A DNA stretch of 64,000 nucleotides. Origin: Cirrosporium novae-zelandiae. Lineage: Eukaryota. How positions within the stretch are numbered: position 1 is the first letter of the stretch; every line of letters starts with the position of its first letter. A model generated the notes under the pieces. That model saw only the letters and a list, made by a program, of their open reading frames with translations, had not been told where the DNA came from and did no database searches. The position numbers were made by a program, and so were the translations under genes. This document shows positions 1-12,042 of the stretch, one piece after another. The stretch covers positions 434,001 to 498,000 of the forward strand of contig JAPETS010000006.1 of assembly GCA_026023565.1 (NCBI GenBank), in the 5' to 3' direction.

Positions 1-1210
1 CTTGATTTGCGGTGAAGAAGAGCATGCGATTCGAAAGGGTTCTCTCCTGGTAAGTCCAAGCCCGTGAATTCCATTTCGATGACTCAATTACCTCCTTCCT
101 TGGTAGGACACTAGCGAGCTTCAAACCATTGATCTCTTCGATATATTGGCCAGTCTCTCTGGACTTAGGGCGAACACCCGGCATTCCAGCTTCAGTATTC
201 TCGCCCCATGCAGCCGCGATTGTCAAGATAGCTGAAGTATATATACGATCCATCATTCCTATCTGTATAGCTTTATCAGTATCGTCGTCCTGTATTATAC
301 ACAGAGCGTCAACCCAAAGGTACTGTTCTCCAAGCATGTGGGTAAGAATTATTGCATCCTTGATAGTCTGCGAAGGGCCCTTGTCATCGTTTGAAAGGCT
401 TCCATCAGTTTGCATACTGTTGATAGTGTTCTTTTTCAAAATTATGGGCTGTGCTTTTCCCCAAACGTAGCTTAGGGCCACATATCTAGTATTTAATCTA
501 ATCCTCACGATACATCGACGTACCACATCAATAACCCTTATCTCAGGAACATCAGTAGATAATGCTTCGGCTACTTTTACCGAAACATTGGGGTGGTATT
601 TCTCGCACATGTGTACCCATCTCTTAAGCAGAGTTGGATCTACTTGGCTAGAGATGGTGCGACCCCAATGGTAGTCAACAGCTCGAGATTCCGGACTCGA
701 AGAAGTCGGAATAAGTAGTTGTATCCTGGGAGGAATATCTTCAGCGCTAGACACGTCAAACCCGGTGGCAAGATCTGGGCGCCTAAACCTTGTTTGAACC
801 TCGAGAATATAAGTGGGAGGTCCATTTCTCGGCCCTCCTTCAGTTGACAATTCTTTTTTATCATTCGAAAGTATGCACTCAATCCTTTCACCATTAATTG
901 TACCTTCCTGCCAGATCGAGGGGGGCAGATGGGTGTTCTTGTAATGCAGAATAAAAGCCTGCTTCACAAGCCGACAGAATGCACATCCAACCTCTCCGTT
1001 TCGCCAGATTTGGTCCAAGTACCCAAGGAAAATATGGGCAAACCAGTCCCCATCTCGTTTACCCTTCTGATGTTCAGAAAAACTGATTTTTTGGGGCCAG
1101 TTTTGTTGAACCAATATCAATGTCCGAAATATAAGTTGAAAATCAATTTGTCGACATAAGCGACACAGTTGATAACTTTTGACTCCGTCTACCAGCTTGA
1201 ACTCGGACAT
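1..1210 (-). CDS. HET (heterokaryon incompatibility) domain protein, 3' end beyond the window
   Basis: Not in the ORF track because the frame runs off the edge without a stop. ATG at 1210 reads MSEFKLVDGVKSYQLCRLCRQIDF...GCAFCRLV. The same frame gives the HET motifs RYVALSYVWG (about 487-458), QTIKDAIILT, YLWVDALCIIQDD and MDRIYTSAILTIAAA. Confidence 0.9.
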   Translation of the reverse strand, partial: MSEFKLVDGVKSYQLCRLCRQIDFQLIFRTLILVQQNWPQKISFSEHQKGKRDGDWFAHIFLGYLDQIWRNGEVGCAFCRLVKQAFILHYKNTHLPPSIWQEGTINGERIECILSNDKKELSTEGGPRNGPPTYILEVQTRFRRPDLATGFDVSSAEDIPPRIQLLIPTSSSPESRAVDYHWGRTISSQVDPTLLKRWVHMCEKYHPNVSVKVAEALSTDVPEIRVIDVVRRCIVRIRLNTRYVALSYVWGKAQPIILKKNTINSMQTDGSLSNDDKGPSQTIKDAIILTHMLGEQYLWVDALCIIQDDDTDKAIQIGMMDRIYTSAILTIAAAWGENTEAGMPGVRPKSRETGQYIEEINGLKLASVLPRKEVIESSKWNSRAWTYQERTLSNRMLFFTANQ

Positions 1211-1820
1211 GGTTTAGCCTCCTATGCACTCTTAATATCATTAGAACAATCTGAGTGACATAAAAAAAAGCAAGGCCGAAAGTGATCTTGTTGTCTAGTG
1301 GAACCAAGGTGCACATTCACGCCCTATTGATCGAATTATCGTCTCTGATCGGGTATAGACACACCCACCACACCCACGCACCACATCACAACGCCTAATC
1401 ATCCCTGGGTGTATCTTGGCCATCCATCAATTTTCCTGACCAACCAATAATTACAAAGATCGAACTGTTGAAGGAAGCCACTTTGAAAGAACGATTAAGA
1501 CTAGCTGATCGGGATTCCATGTAGCTTCTTACTGGCGCTAGCCTACACCTGAATCCGACACAACTCGCCTTGCTGAATTGGAAGTAAAAGTCTAAACGTA
1601 TTAAAGAGGCGAATTGGCGCATTCGGAAACCTCATATGCTAATATTATACTGAAAACTAAATATTATTCGACTCTTATAATGGCTGTTCTGTGTTTCATA
1701 TCATGTACCGGACGTTGGTCCCTTTCACCAAATGTCGGCGGCTACTTCCAGCCCCGACCTCTCTTTTGCCAAGGACGACCAAATTTTGGTGAAATGACCA
1801 AACTCCCGGTCGTTGTCCAA

Positions 1821-1885
1821 CTCTAGGTCTCTAGATCTCTAGGTCTCTAGGTCTCTAGGTATCTAGGTATCTAGGTCTCTAGGTC
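1821..1885. repeat. 8-bp tandem repeat (TCTCTAGG/TATCTAGG), about 8 copies
   Basis: Read directly: ctctaggtctctagatctctaggtctctaggtctctaggtatctaggtatctaggtctctaggtc. Confidence 0.9.
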
Positions 1886-3031
1886 AGCCAGTTATGTTCA
1901 TCAAATTTCCAGACGCCCCTTCCGCAATACATTATGCATTGATTTCATGCTTCGGTGTGGAAATCCTTTTACTAACCCTTTTCAAGTCGGCCCTCGGGAA
2001 GCTGTTGCTTGAGAATTGTCAGTCGAAAAATTCTAGACAAGGATAGATTACTTTATTGTACTGTCCTGTGCATTCTGATGTCATACCACATAATGAGAAA
2101 CGCACCGAGGTTCCGTTTGAAATCATCCGTCCCACGATCCACGCAAAAGCAATATTCCCGTTATGCGCTATTAAGTCTTACTGGACATTTACATCGAAGC
2201 TGTTTGATACGCTATCATAGTTTTGCTTCTGTGCTTCGACGATTATTTTGGATGAATGGATTTCTATTTGGTATTGCAACTAAATAGATATTTACCCCCT
2301 GTAGATGGATCAAGGATGCTAATAGATTTTCATGACCAGATAACCGTTACATGGAGTCAATGGCATATTTCATGGTGATTTCACTCACAAGCTTCTAGAG
2401 TAGTTCCCGCAGACAACGGTTGCTATCCGTTGTTGCAGTAAGCAGTAATGCCAGTTACAGCCAATAGTTGCATCTTGCACTGATAAGAATGTTGATGTGG
2501 ATCTGCGCTGGGAAAGCACTAATCAGTACCTACCTCAATACAACCAATGGTGTGCCAGTATGTTAAGACCATGATGAACTTCCCATGTTAAAAACCTTGA
2601 GTGCATGGGGGCATGCTAATAATTAATCCTCATCTTCGCTGCCCGTTCTTCCTGTTGTCATCTGGCCAACAGAAATTCCACTGTTTATCTTTAAACAGTT
2701 TCTTCATCCGTGGGCCAGCCAACCGTAACCTTACGTTTAAGCACCCTTGGCACAGAAACTACTGCATACAAAATGCAGCGACCTCTTGGCTTTACGGAAG
2801 AGTCAATTTATTAAGCCAAATCATCTTACTGCTCGGTCTCTTGGGCTGGTGGATGGACTTTAGAGATGGAACCATCCCGGTGCGAGATTGAGTTGCATCA
2901 TTTCAAGCGTTGGAGCTAAAAGTACTAATATACGCGGCATTGCCTCTCCAAGACCCTGTAAGCCTTTCCAAACCTTTCTGCCTGATTGTAGAATGCCGAG
3001 CTGGATAGATCTTCGGATGCGATAGAGCTTC

Positions 3032-5020
3032 ATGGTTGGGGTTTCGAGGAGCAACGGCTGCAAAGCTTGTGTTCAACGCCGTATAAAGGTTATAATATCC
3101 TTTTCCTAACATTTTTTGCTCCTATAATTTCTCTCTCTTCATAAGATGAGCTAAGATGCTAAGCTCCACCAGTGTGACCGAACCCAGCCCACATGTAAAC
3201 GGTGCAAAAAACGAGGACTACAATGCCCAGGCTATGGGTTTGGTCTCAGGTTCCAAGATGAAGGCCCAAAACTGCGGTTACAATACGAAAAGCGTGCGGC
3301 TTCGCAGAGCGAAACCCGTATGGAAGCCAGTTCATTTTGGTTGCCTGGAAATGATACTGCTCAATTGAACAATCCGCCAGCCTTGTTGAGCCCAGCGTCA
3401 GAAAACGACCCACCTAACAACATCTCAGATAATACTGGTACTCAGGACGCGACTATAGATGAGACAGTACATCTCTTCGACGGAAAAGGCAATTTACCTC
3501 AAGTAAATGAGCTCTCTCAGCCTCGAGGCAATTTTCTTCCGCTACTACAATTTGTATTATCTCCATCGGCAGCCCAGAGTCAATTCTTGTCGCTATTTAT
3601 CTCAGCCATATCACCAGCTTCTTCTAACCCTACGGATTCATTACCTCACTACTCTTCGTGGTTAAAACAAATCACTGCTCTCCCTCCAAGTTCTACACCT
3701 CCATCTCTTAACTATGCTATCCGTGCAATGACTCTCTCCCACTTTGGCCGTGTTCACCAACTTCCTTTTTTCATTGACTGTTCTCGTCAACAATATGGCC
3801 TTGCGTTATCACATCTTGGTCGCACGATCTCTTCTGATCCTAATGGTGAGGGTCTCGCTGCTACAACAGTCTCGGCAACCATGCTCTTGTCATTCTACGA
3901 GGCATTCCACCCCATTGTTACCTCTTCATGGGTCCGTCATGCGACAGGAGTTGCTGCTCTTTTGCGGGCTCGCGGCCCTACTCGGACTCTACAATCGTCC
4001 TTTGATCGCACCATGTTCCTAGCGTATCGCATGGTTTTGATAATCGAGGCCTTTCATACTCAAACTCCGTGTTTCCTTGATCAGCCTGCTTGGCGTGCTG
4101 TCTCAAAAACGATCCACGCCGAGAGTGAACCTAACGACGCAATATCGAACATCTCCGAAGAATTTATCATGGCCATAGCAAAGCTCCCTTCATTGGCCCA
4201 TGATGCTCAAAATGTTGCCAATATAATATCTGAAACGGGCCAGAACTGTCTCGCTTTCATACACAGTATCTCATCTCGTGCTTCAGCTCAGCGACTGGAG
4301 CTGAAATCCCTTTTCGCGGACTTGATAGGGACACTGCGCGACAAGGGTGAGGAGCCGACAATGTATAGTACCACCGACAACTTGAATAGCATATTTCCGT
4401 ACCAGTTCCATTACGGGAATATCCTCGTAGCAAGTATTTATTGCGGCTACTGGACTTGTTTAACGCTTATTAATCTAGTCTGCCTTGAGATGGAAAACAA
4501 GTTAGCTGCAACATCCTATTCCTCCTCTTCTGTTAGCTCAAGACGAACAACCATGAAAGAAAATCCCATGGGAAGTTGCAGTAATACGCCCCCTACCTTC
4601 CAGCTATCTCCGAGTGTTGCGCTGGCCCTTCAATTCGAAAACATTGGCGCGGTTCACTCATGTTGCCAATCTTTTGATTACATGTCGGGTTCTGTCTTTA
4701 CGGGACCTTTTCTCATCACGTTTGCCCTTCGTGTCGGACTTATTGTAATCACTGAGGAAAGTGAAAGATTCTGGATCAAAGGAAAGTTGAAGGAGCTTGG
4801 GAAAAATTTAGGCATGGCAGGAGTGATTGAGGAGGAAGTTGAAAGAGGTGAAGGCCTAAACTTTAGCCCGAATCACGGGGTAGGCGTTCATAGATCGTCG
4901 TTGACTACGCGAGAGGAATTGGCTCAGGCAGACATGACAGAAGCTGCCATTGCGCTGGGGAATAATACAGAGACAAAAGTCGACAATGATCGAGATCTTT
5001 TGATGGAAGCATTGTCGTGA
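3032..5020 (+). CDS. Zn(II)2Cys6 transcription factor with fungal-specific C-terminal domain (Fungal_trans_2-like)
   Basis: Exon 1 3032-3088 encodes MVGVSRSNGCKACVQRRIK. Intron 3089-3172 (GT...CTAAG...CAG). Exon 2 starts CDRTQPTCKRCKKRGLQCPGY and is in frame with ORF 3320..5020, which has YGLAL, LLSFYE and WVRHATG...LLRARGP. Confidence 0.9.
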
Positions 5021-5653
5021 ATTAGACTATATACCATGTATCGTGTAGAAGCTTTTAGAAACATATTGAGCTGGAAAGGTGGACGGGGGTATGGGAAGGC
5101 GTTAATAGAAACCTGGCTCAAACAATATATGTAGGCGATCAAGGGCTAGTGGACAAGCTGTCAAATCCGAAATCCCAAAGAAGGTAAGCTGGAAGATTAA
5201 GAAGAAACGTGCAATGGTATTGTTAACCGGTTATATAGCCATTTGTGGAGGAAAGCAAGTGAGAATCAAGGAAAATTACTGTAGTAATACCACGCAGTAC
5301 AGTCATAATTACCCTTAGCGTACTGTGCTGTGGCGCAGCTCGGAGTAACCAATCGCCGCAGAAAGACTAACCCCTGGTCTAGGACGAACCTGCATAAGCG
5401 TGGTAGGGTATAGACCCTAAGGGACCCGTGTGCAATCCCCCCCACTTAGATAGCAGCCCTACTAAGCTAAAGAGCTCAGCCACAGTCATCACTCTAACCT
5501 TACCATACACCCGAGGTTATAATGGTTACTTGTCATGGCATTCGTCTTCTACTCGTGCCCCTGATTTCACCGACTTATAACTTATAACTATCAACTAGTA
5601 CGCTCCTTGTTCTGAAACCAAGCTACAATGACTTATTCTCATTACATACAGTA

Positions 5654-7065
5654 ATGTCGTTCGAGCACCGGGTGATGCAGAAGGATAATAATGGGAGTAA
5701 ACAGGTCTCACGAAGATCGCATCGCAAGTCACGGTTGGGCTGCGACAACTGCAAAAGTCGCAGAATAAAGGTTAGCCATTATGTGCATTGTGTTTTCAAT
5801 TCCAACCCTGGAATATCGACGGTCCTCTTGATGTTGTATGGTACCACGCTAACTTTTTGCAGTGCGATGAATCAAGGCCTGCATGCGGTAACTGCATCAA
5901 ACACTCGATCCACTGCGACTTCACCTCAGCCCTTCAAGCAACCGGCTCGGCCAGTTTGACCTCATTCAGGCCCAGCGTCCGCTTCATCCCATCAGTATAC
6001 CAAACGCGCTATGCATCTGCTGTAAGCTCCACAGGCGGTAGAACGAGCTCGTCCAAAGACTTTCCCATTGGTACCTCATTGGGCGATCAGAGCTCCTTTG
6101 GATTACCAGTCGCAGATCTTAAGCTTCTGCATCATTATTCGACATCGACAAGTCATACGTTCGGGAACAACCCGAGCACCTTAGCTTTCTGGCAAATCAC
6201 CCTCCCGCAGATTGGATTTTCTCATCATGTTGTTCTGGATCTGGTTCTTGCCTTTTCCGCCCTACACCTGGGACACTTTTGCCCAGAGCAGCGAGCATTC
6301 TATATAACACAAGCCGAACACCATTATATGATTGCGCTTCGCGTAATGACTGCTCTATTACCCCGTCTTAACGCCAAGAACTTCCATGTCCTGTACTTCT
6401 CCGCTGTTCTTATCTGCTTCTGTAGTTTCGGCAGAGGTCCACGTCCCGGCGAGTTTATAGCCTTCAGCGATCAGGGAGAGCCAGAGTGGCTAATTCTTCT
6501 TCGAGGAGTTCGGGCGATTATTGAGTCGGGGGGCAATTCTCTTCTTGCGGCGTGTGCTCCCCCAATTGATGACCACAAAACACGCCTAGCGGTTAACCGC
6601 AAACTTCGGCCGGAGTATAACGTGCCTATTCAGAAACTCCGCCAATTCATCACTGAAGAAATGGCAGCCGAGGACCCCAATACACAGATTTACCTTCATG
6701 CCCTCGATAATCTATTGCAATCTTTTATGGCAGTGTACGAGAACATGAATGAAATTATAGACGATGGTAAACTTTATCCTCACGTCTTCAGGTGGCTATA
6801 CCGTGCGTCAGATAACTTCATTCTCTGCTTGAAGCAAAAACAACCCCTTGCCCTCGTCATTCTTGCTTATTTTGCCGTCTTGCTAAATGAGCTCAAGTCG
6901 CAATGGTTCATAAATTATTGGGCTGAGCACGTGATGAGTGGTATTTACAATTTTCTCCCCGAGAAGTACCGGGCCTGGATACAATGGCCAATGGAACAGG
7001 TCAAGTGGGCTCCATGCTGTAAGGATGATAAGGACAGCAGCAGCAGCAGCAGTGGTAGCATGTAA
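5654..7065 (+). CDS. Zn(II)2Cys6 transcription factor, Upc2-like group
   Basis: Exon 1 5654-5770 encodes RRSHRKSRLGCDNCKSRRIK. Intron 5771-5862 (GTTAGC...GCTAAC...CAG). Exon 2 has CDESRPACGNCIKHSIHCDF, DLKLLHHYSTST, LAFSALHL, PLALVILAYFAVLL and WIQWP. Confidence 0.9.
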
Positions 7066-7635
7066 TTCCCTAGACATAGAGCCAGTCCCATCCAGATGCA
7101 TAGATAACGCATACCAGTCCTGGCTCGATTTGGACGAGCAGTAGGTTGCTGCGTCTGTGCGGGTGTACTAACACTAAGGGAAAAAATGGCCCAACTCTCC
7201 ATAGCAATCTGTGCACAAGCTTAAGAACTTAATTTGTCTAGTCTATCCTTACACCAATCAAAAATCCCCCCTCGAATACCGAAAATCACATTGACGCCTA
7301 TACACTGAAACAAAATCTGCCTGCTCCTACTCCAGGTCCAGCCTTCTCAGCTCAGCCCCATCAAGCTACCACGTCTCAGCGTCTATATATATATGTTTTA
7401 TAAAGTCCATAAGATGCTTTAGCAACCTCGGTTATGCCCTCTCCGAAGCGTGGCCAGCTCTTGTCGAAGTCTCTGGGTCCTTTTAGCTGGACTGAAGGTG
7501 AATTCATATTCTATATCTATCAACGTTGGCCATGCCGAGGAGGGTTCCATATTTACCTAACTTCTAATACCGCTGGTAACAGTATAATCGGTTCCCAGAA
7601 GCCCCACCGTGGGTTGGGTACTCTCGATTCTCTCT

Positions 7636-8625
7636 CTAGTGTTCAGAATTGTTTCTATATCCTGTCAGAGGGACTGTGCCCGTATCGCTATCAATCAGGG
7701 CCATGGATCCACGTGGAAGTTCTTCAACAAAGCGATTTGCAGCTCTAACAAGCCTACCCGGATGCACAGCAGCGAATGTGAGAATGACGAAGAACATCAA
7801 GAATGCATCGAAGATGTACACCATCGCTTCATGAGTAGCGACAAAGCCGTCGGAGCCTTGGGCGTATTCGAAAATCCGCACGATGTTTCGAACAAGGACC
7901 GCGACGCTTGCAGCGTAGATAGCGTACATGTATTTTTCCCACGGAGGACCCGGATATCTCGAGACTGTCGTGGGACCCTGTCTGAGTCGAACATGGAATT
8001 TCCAGGCAATGAAGACAAAAAAGCCAAAAACAACGACCTGGAAGACCAGGCCCCCCAACACTACATCCATGCCTATCTGCATAAGCTTCGCGTCACCGGT
8101 GATCTATATACCCGCACCGCCCATTTGGGTGATAAAACATATCACGTCGGAGAGAACGAAGATCTTAGTTAGCCATCGCGGTCGGATGATGGCGTACTTC
8201 TCGCCGTCGAGAGACCGGATAATACGACCTAGGCTCATGTATATCGTAGCAGCCAAAAAGGGCGGAGCTACAAGAATGAGTAGGTTTTGCAGGACATATG
8301 CCTTGAAATTATGGGGACTTTCGTGGGACCAGGCCCTCCCATAGTAGCCGAATGTTTCGCCTGCGGAACATGGCCCAATTTTATTAGTTCTAGGTGGCTA
8401 TTAAGATGAGATTTACATGTACGATGTATTTTCAACACACTTACAGATACCGCCAACGATGAGCGGGATAAAGTAGGCCGCGCGCAATGGGAACATGTAA
8501 ACGAAATGTACCACTGTGCCCAAACCGAAGAGGGTGACGAAGGCCCACGCCGCCTGACCTGATGGGACGTAGTGATAGAGAGTCACATGGAGATTGCCGC
8601 CGGTAGTAGAAACTTCAACGTCCAT
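7636..8625 (-). pseudogene. RTA1-like (lipid-translocating exporter family) 7-TM protein with an in-frame TAG; probable pseudogene or null allele
   Basis: Exon 1 8625-8445 has LYHYVPS and YFIPLIVGGI. Intron 8444-8361 (GTAAGT...CAG). Exon 2 reads ETFGYYGR...LILVAPPFLAATIYMSLGRII...LTKIFVLSDVICFITQMGGAGI*ITGD...VRNIVRIFEYAQG...HEAMVYIFDA...HPG. The TAG is at 8106-8104, in frame with ORF 7636..8082. Confidence 0.8.
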
Positions 8626-10577
8626 GACGGACTAGACTGGTTTTTATATATAGGGTGTAATGGAGAGAAATGGATTTTGATGAAATGTCTCAAAAGACAT
8701 CGGGACTTGATTTTTGTGCACATGTCCCCATAAATATATATATACATATATGAGTATGTGAAAAACAGATTACTCTAGTCATGACATGGTCGATATCATC
8801 CACCCGAAGGGGTGGAAGAGTGGAAGAGAGTTTCAGGGCACACACGAATACGACTAGACAACCCAAGAAGGGTTAGATGGTACCAAGTACAGTTAGCGAA
8901 GTGGGCCGTCCCGCAACCTAATATTTATAGCACATCTCCATCTCCTCCACCATCTTGTCTCCAATCATCCAAACCAATCTAATCCATCCGCACTATACCC
9001 GACCCGGAAATATTTATCGTGTTCGTCTTCTAAACATGACGCCGATCTACAAAATATTAAAATAAAAAAAAGTTGGGAAAGTACAGGGCGCTCATGTTGG
9101 GATAGGTATGCACAAGCATATCTTCAAGCTAGTCAATGGATGGACGGATGGATATACCATCGTTCGTTCGTTCGTCACCCCTCAACCCCAGTTAATTGGA
9201 TTTTCTTGTCTCAGGGGAGAGTGAGTGAGTGAGTGTGATGGCACTTCAATGATGTTTCATTTGTTATGGCCCAGGAGGAAACCTCCCCGACACACATTAG
9301 AAGCATATGGCAATGATGATGACACTGCCGTTCGTTGCAGCAACAGCTACTTTCCAAGTTACTGAAACATGAGTAGTACCAATATGTACGATCATACTCT
9401 TGTACGAACCTGGACTGGCCTAGTGATGACGAATAGATTTTCCCTGGGCAAATCAATTGCCAACGTGCTTGTTAAGACTGATTTATGCTGTTTCTTCCTG
9501 TTACCCCGTCAAGGTCTTTCAACTCGGCACATTTTTGTGCGGACGTCAAGCAGAACTAGAATGATGTTGTCTCACCTACTATATGGTGCGTCCACAGAAG
9601 CCATCCATTATCCATCCCATCTATGTAAATGACTCCTGTCTGCCTGCCGCCTGGAGCAATGGGGATACACTAAGTAGAAGGGCTGCAATGTCTGTCGATT
9701 GCCGCAGTGTGTAATTAATGCGAAGATTTTGGTAGCAGACCAGGAGGCAGTGTTCGGGTTATGGCGAATGGAACAAGCCATGATATGAATGACGAGTAAG
9801 TACGAAAAAACTGCTGGATTGAGAGCGAGGATGGTTAAGCTTATGAGGGAGTGGCTTAAGCCCGGGTGTATTCGATGTCTACCTAGGCGCACGACTATAA
9901 TAAAGATCGAATTCAACTTCTAGTGAGTGACCACTACCCCCGTTTTATTCAACCTAACTATTGCCCTGCATGTAGTCTTAGGCGGGCGGGCGGTCTGCAG
10001 CTATCTACCACTAGCGAGGACAACTCTAGTATCAACGTTATGTGAGACTTCTTTACTGTCCTTCACCTTTAGAACAAAAGAGAGAAGAAGGCTATAAAAT
10101 GCACTACTCCTTAGCGAGTCGGAGCTTAATCTCTATACAATAAGTTTATACCAACCTGACACGGACGAATACCGATTACCTCTAGTGGTGGTCCGTGATG
10201 GATCTAAAAAATTTTAGTATTTCGTCCGACTTTAAAGGTATATCATTGAATAATTAGATTAACAACTAATGTCTTCAAAGAGAGGAAAAGAGAGTTATAT
10301 ACATTTTCTATAGGCACCAGAGCTGCGAAGTTCTTCATTTTAATTTGCTTTCGGTTGCAAAGTCCCGGCAGAAAAGTCGAAACTTGTATAGCTACCAGGC
10401 GAAGCTAGTCTGACTGCCTATCTAGGTAGCTGAGCCACGGTGACAATTTGGCTTACCACCTTTCCAACAAAGTTATCGCTCAGTGTCTGTTTAGAAGGTG
10501 ATCTACGTTTCCACTCCAGGTCAAGATGGATATACATTCTTGCAACTAGCTACTTATAATGACCGTAATATGGTAGC

Positions 10578-11537
10578 TCAGCTCTCTGACCAGCCCTGCT
10601 GGAACATTACCCAGATTCCTGTGATTAAAATGAGGGTGCGAAGATTATCGTCGACGCGGACCACGCTCCGCTCCGATGAGTCCACCGGTCCAACGTCTGA
10701 GCTGTGTTTGGAGCTATCTGGAGCGGCTGATAAAGGAAGTGATGAAACGCAGCTGTCGGTTGTCGTTGGAACGGAATAGTGATCGATCACGTTGATACCC
10801 ATTCGAGTCACCGAAGCAGTTACGGGATGACGACGAGTGCCCGGGTTGATCGCACTGAAGGTAAATTTTTTGTTCTCATCCATTGAAGATCCCAGGAGCG
10901 GTAATCCTTCTGAGCCACTGCGGCCGCTACCCTTTCTACGCAGAGCCCATCGAACCGTCCTGCGCTGGCCATTCTCATCCGTTACAACGAAGTCATAACT
11001 GCCATTAGGGAGGGGTGTTGCTTCCCAGGAGGGTCCGTGTTTAAAACGTATTTCTGCCTTTCCTTCCCCCCTAGCCTTTTCCTCCTGAGTCTGAGAAATA
11101 GTCGCGACCACTTCTCGATGTTCACTAAAGTCATCCTCCGACGAAGTACTTCCTCTATGGCCTGCTGAACCCAATTTCGCGTATAAGCCGCTTGTGAGTA
11201 CAATGAGATCACTCAAGCCAAGCTCACCCTTGCTTCTAAACGTGCCAGGAAGTATTCGAGCCAATTTACGGGCGAAGGAAGTCGACTGCAGTACATCAAG
11301 CACAGGCGTAGGGCGACCGGTATAGGATATTTGCTGGAGTTGGAGAAGTAATTTGGGCCGGATTCTTAATCCTTTGGAAAGGGAATTGGGGGGGGGATGT
11401 GCCAACTGGAAAGATGTTCTAAGTCGTGACTGCTCTTTTGGCCGACTAGGAGCGTTATGGGATTTATCAGACCTTGGATAAGAAGGCGTGCAGTCCTCAT
11501 CACTGGATGTACTTGCGCTCTCCACACACGATGACAT
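10578..11537 (-). CDS. Conserved fungal hypothetical protein
   Basis: 319-aa ORF with motifs I recognise from uncharacterised Pezizomycotina proteins: TSFQLAHPPP, LRIRPKLLLQLQQ, WEATPLPNGSY, FTFSAINPGTRRHP and LILITGIWV..QGW. Confidence 0.75.
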   Translation of the reverse strand: MSSCVESASTSSDEDCTPSYPRSDKSHNAPSRPKEQSRLRTSFQLAHPPPNSLSKGLRIRPKLLLQLQQISYTGRPTPVLDVLQSTSFARKLARILPGTFRSKGELGLSDLIVLTSGLYAKLGSAGHRGSTSSEDDFSEHREVVATISQTQEEKARGEGKAEIRFKHGPSWEATPLPNGSYDFVVTDENGQRRTVRWALRRKGSGRSGSEGLPLLGSSMDENKKFTFSAINPGTRRHPVTASVTRMGINVIDHYSVPTTTDSCVSSLPLSAAPDSSKHSSDVGPVDSSERSVVRVDDNLRTLILITGIWVMFQQGWSES

Positions 11538-12042
11538 TGAAGATAGACTAGCTTTCTTCTACTTCTAAGATATTAGAAGCAGAGTTGTTGAGATTTTTTT
11601 TAAATGGAAAAAATAAGTCAAAGGCTGAAAATGAAGGACACAGATACAGAGTATTGATATTTAATAGCTGAGATCCATGAAGAAGAGCACGGGAAGCCAT
11701 GTGAAATTTTACATGGCACGTCTTGGTTGTGCTGTGGTTCAGCGAACGAATACACAAAAGATACTAGGTTAGCTGCAGTTCAGTCGAATCTATGTTGCAT
11801 ACTCCATCACAGTGGTCCTATGATTTATAAGTGTCAGCCTACTTTGTGCTCAGCCCGTATTCGTATATATCTCTGTTTTGGGTAAATTTGTCGAATTTGC
11901 ACGTCTGGAGTACTCGAGTAGACGAAGAAATGTGGCAAAGCAAAGGGCGGACTACAAGGGTACTGGGGCGCATGTGGCTGGTTTCAGGAATGTCTCGTGC
12001 ATAAGTTGAACAAAGGCCCATGTTAATTATGACTAGCCCTCG

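Noticed and set aside
7609..8344. Plus-strand ORFs of 187 and 138 aa
   Set aside because: Antisense shadows of the RTA1 gene with no recognisable motifs.
9211..9916. Short ORFs and splice-like signals on the minus strand
   Set aside because: No consistent gene model and no recognisable product.
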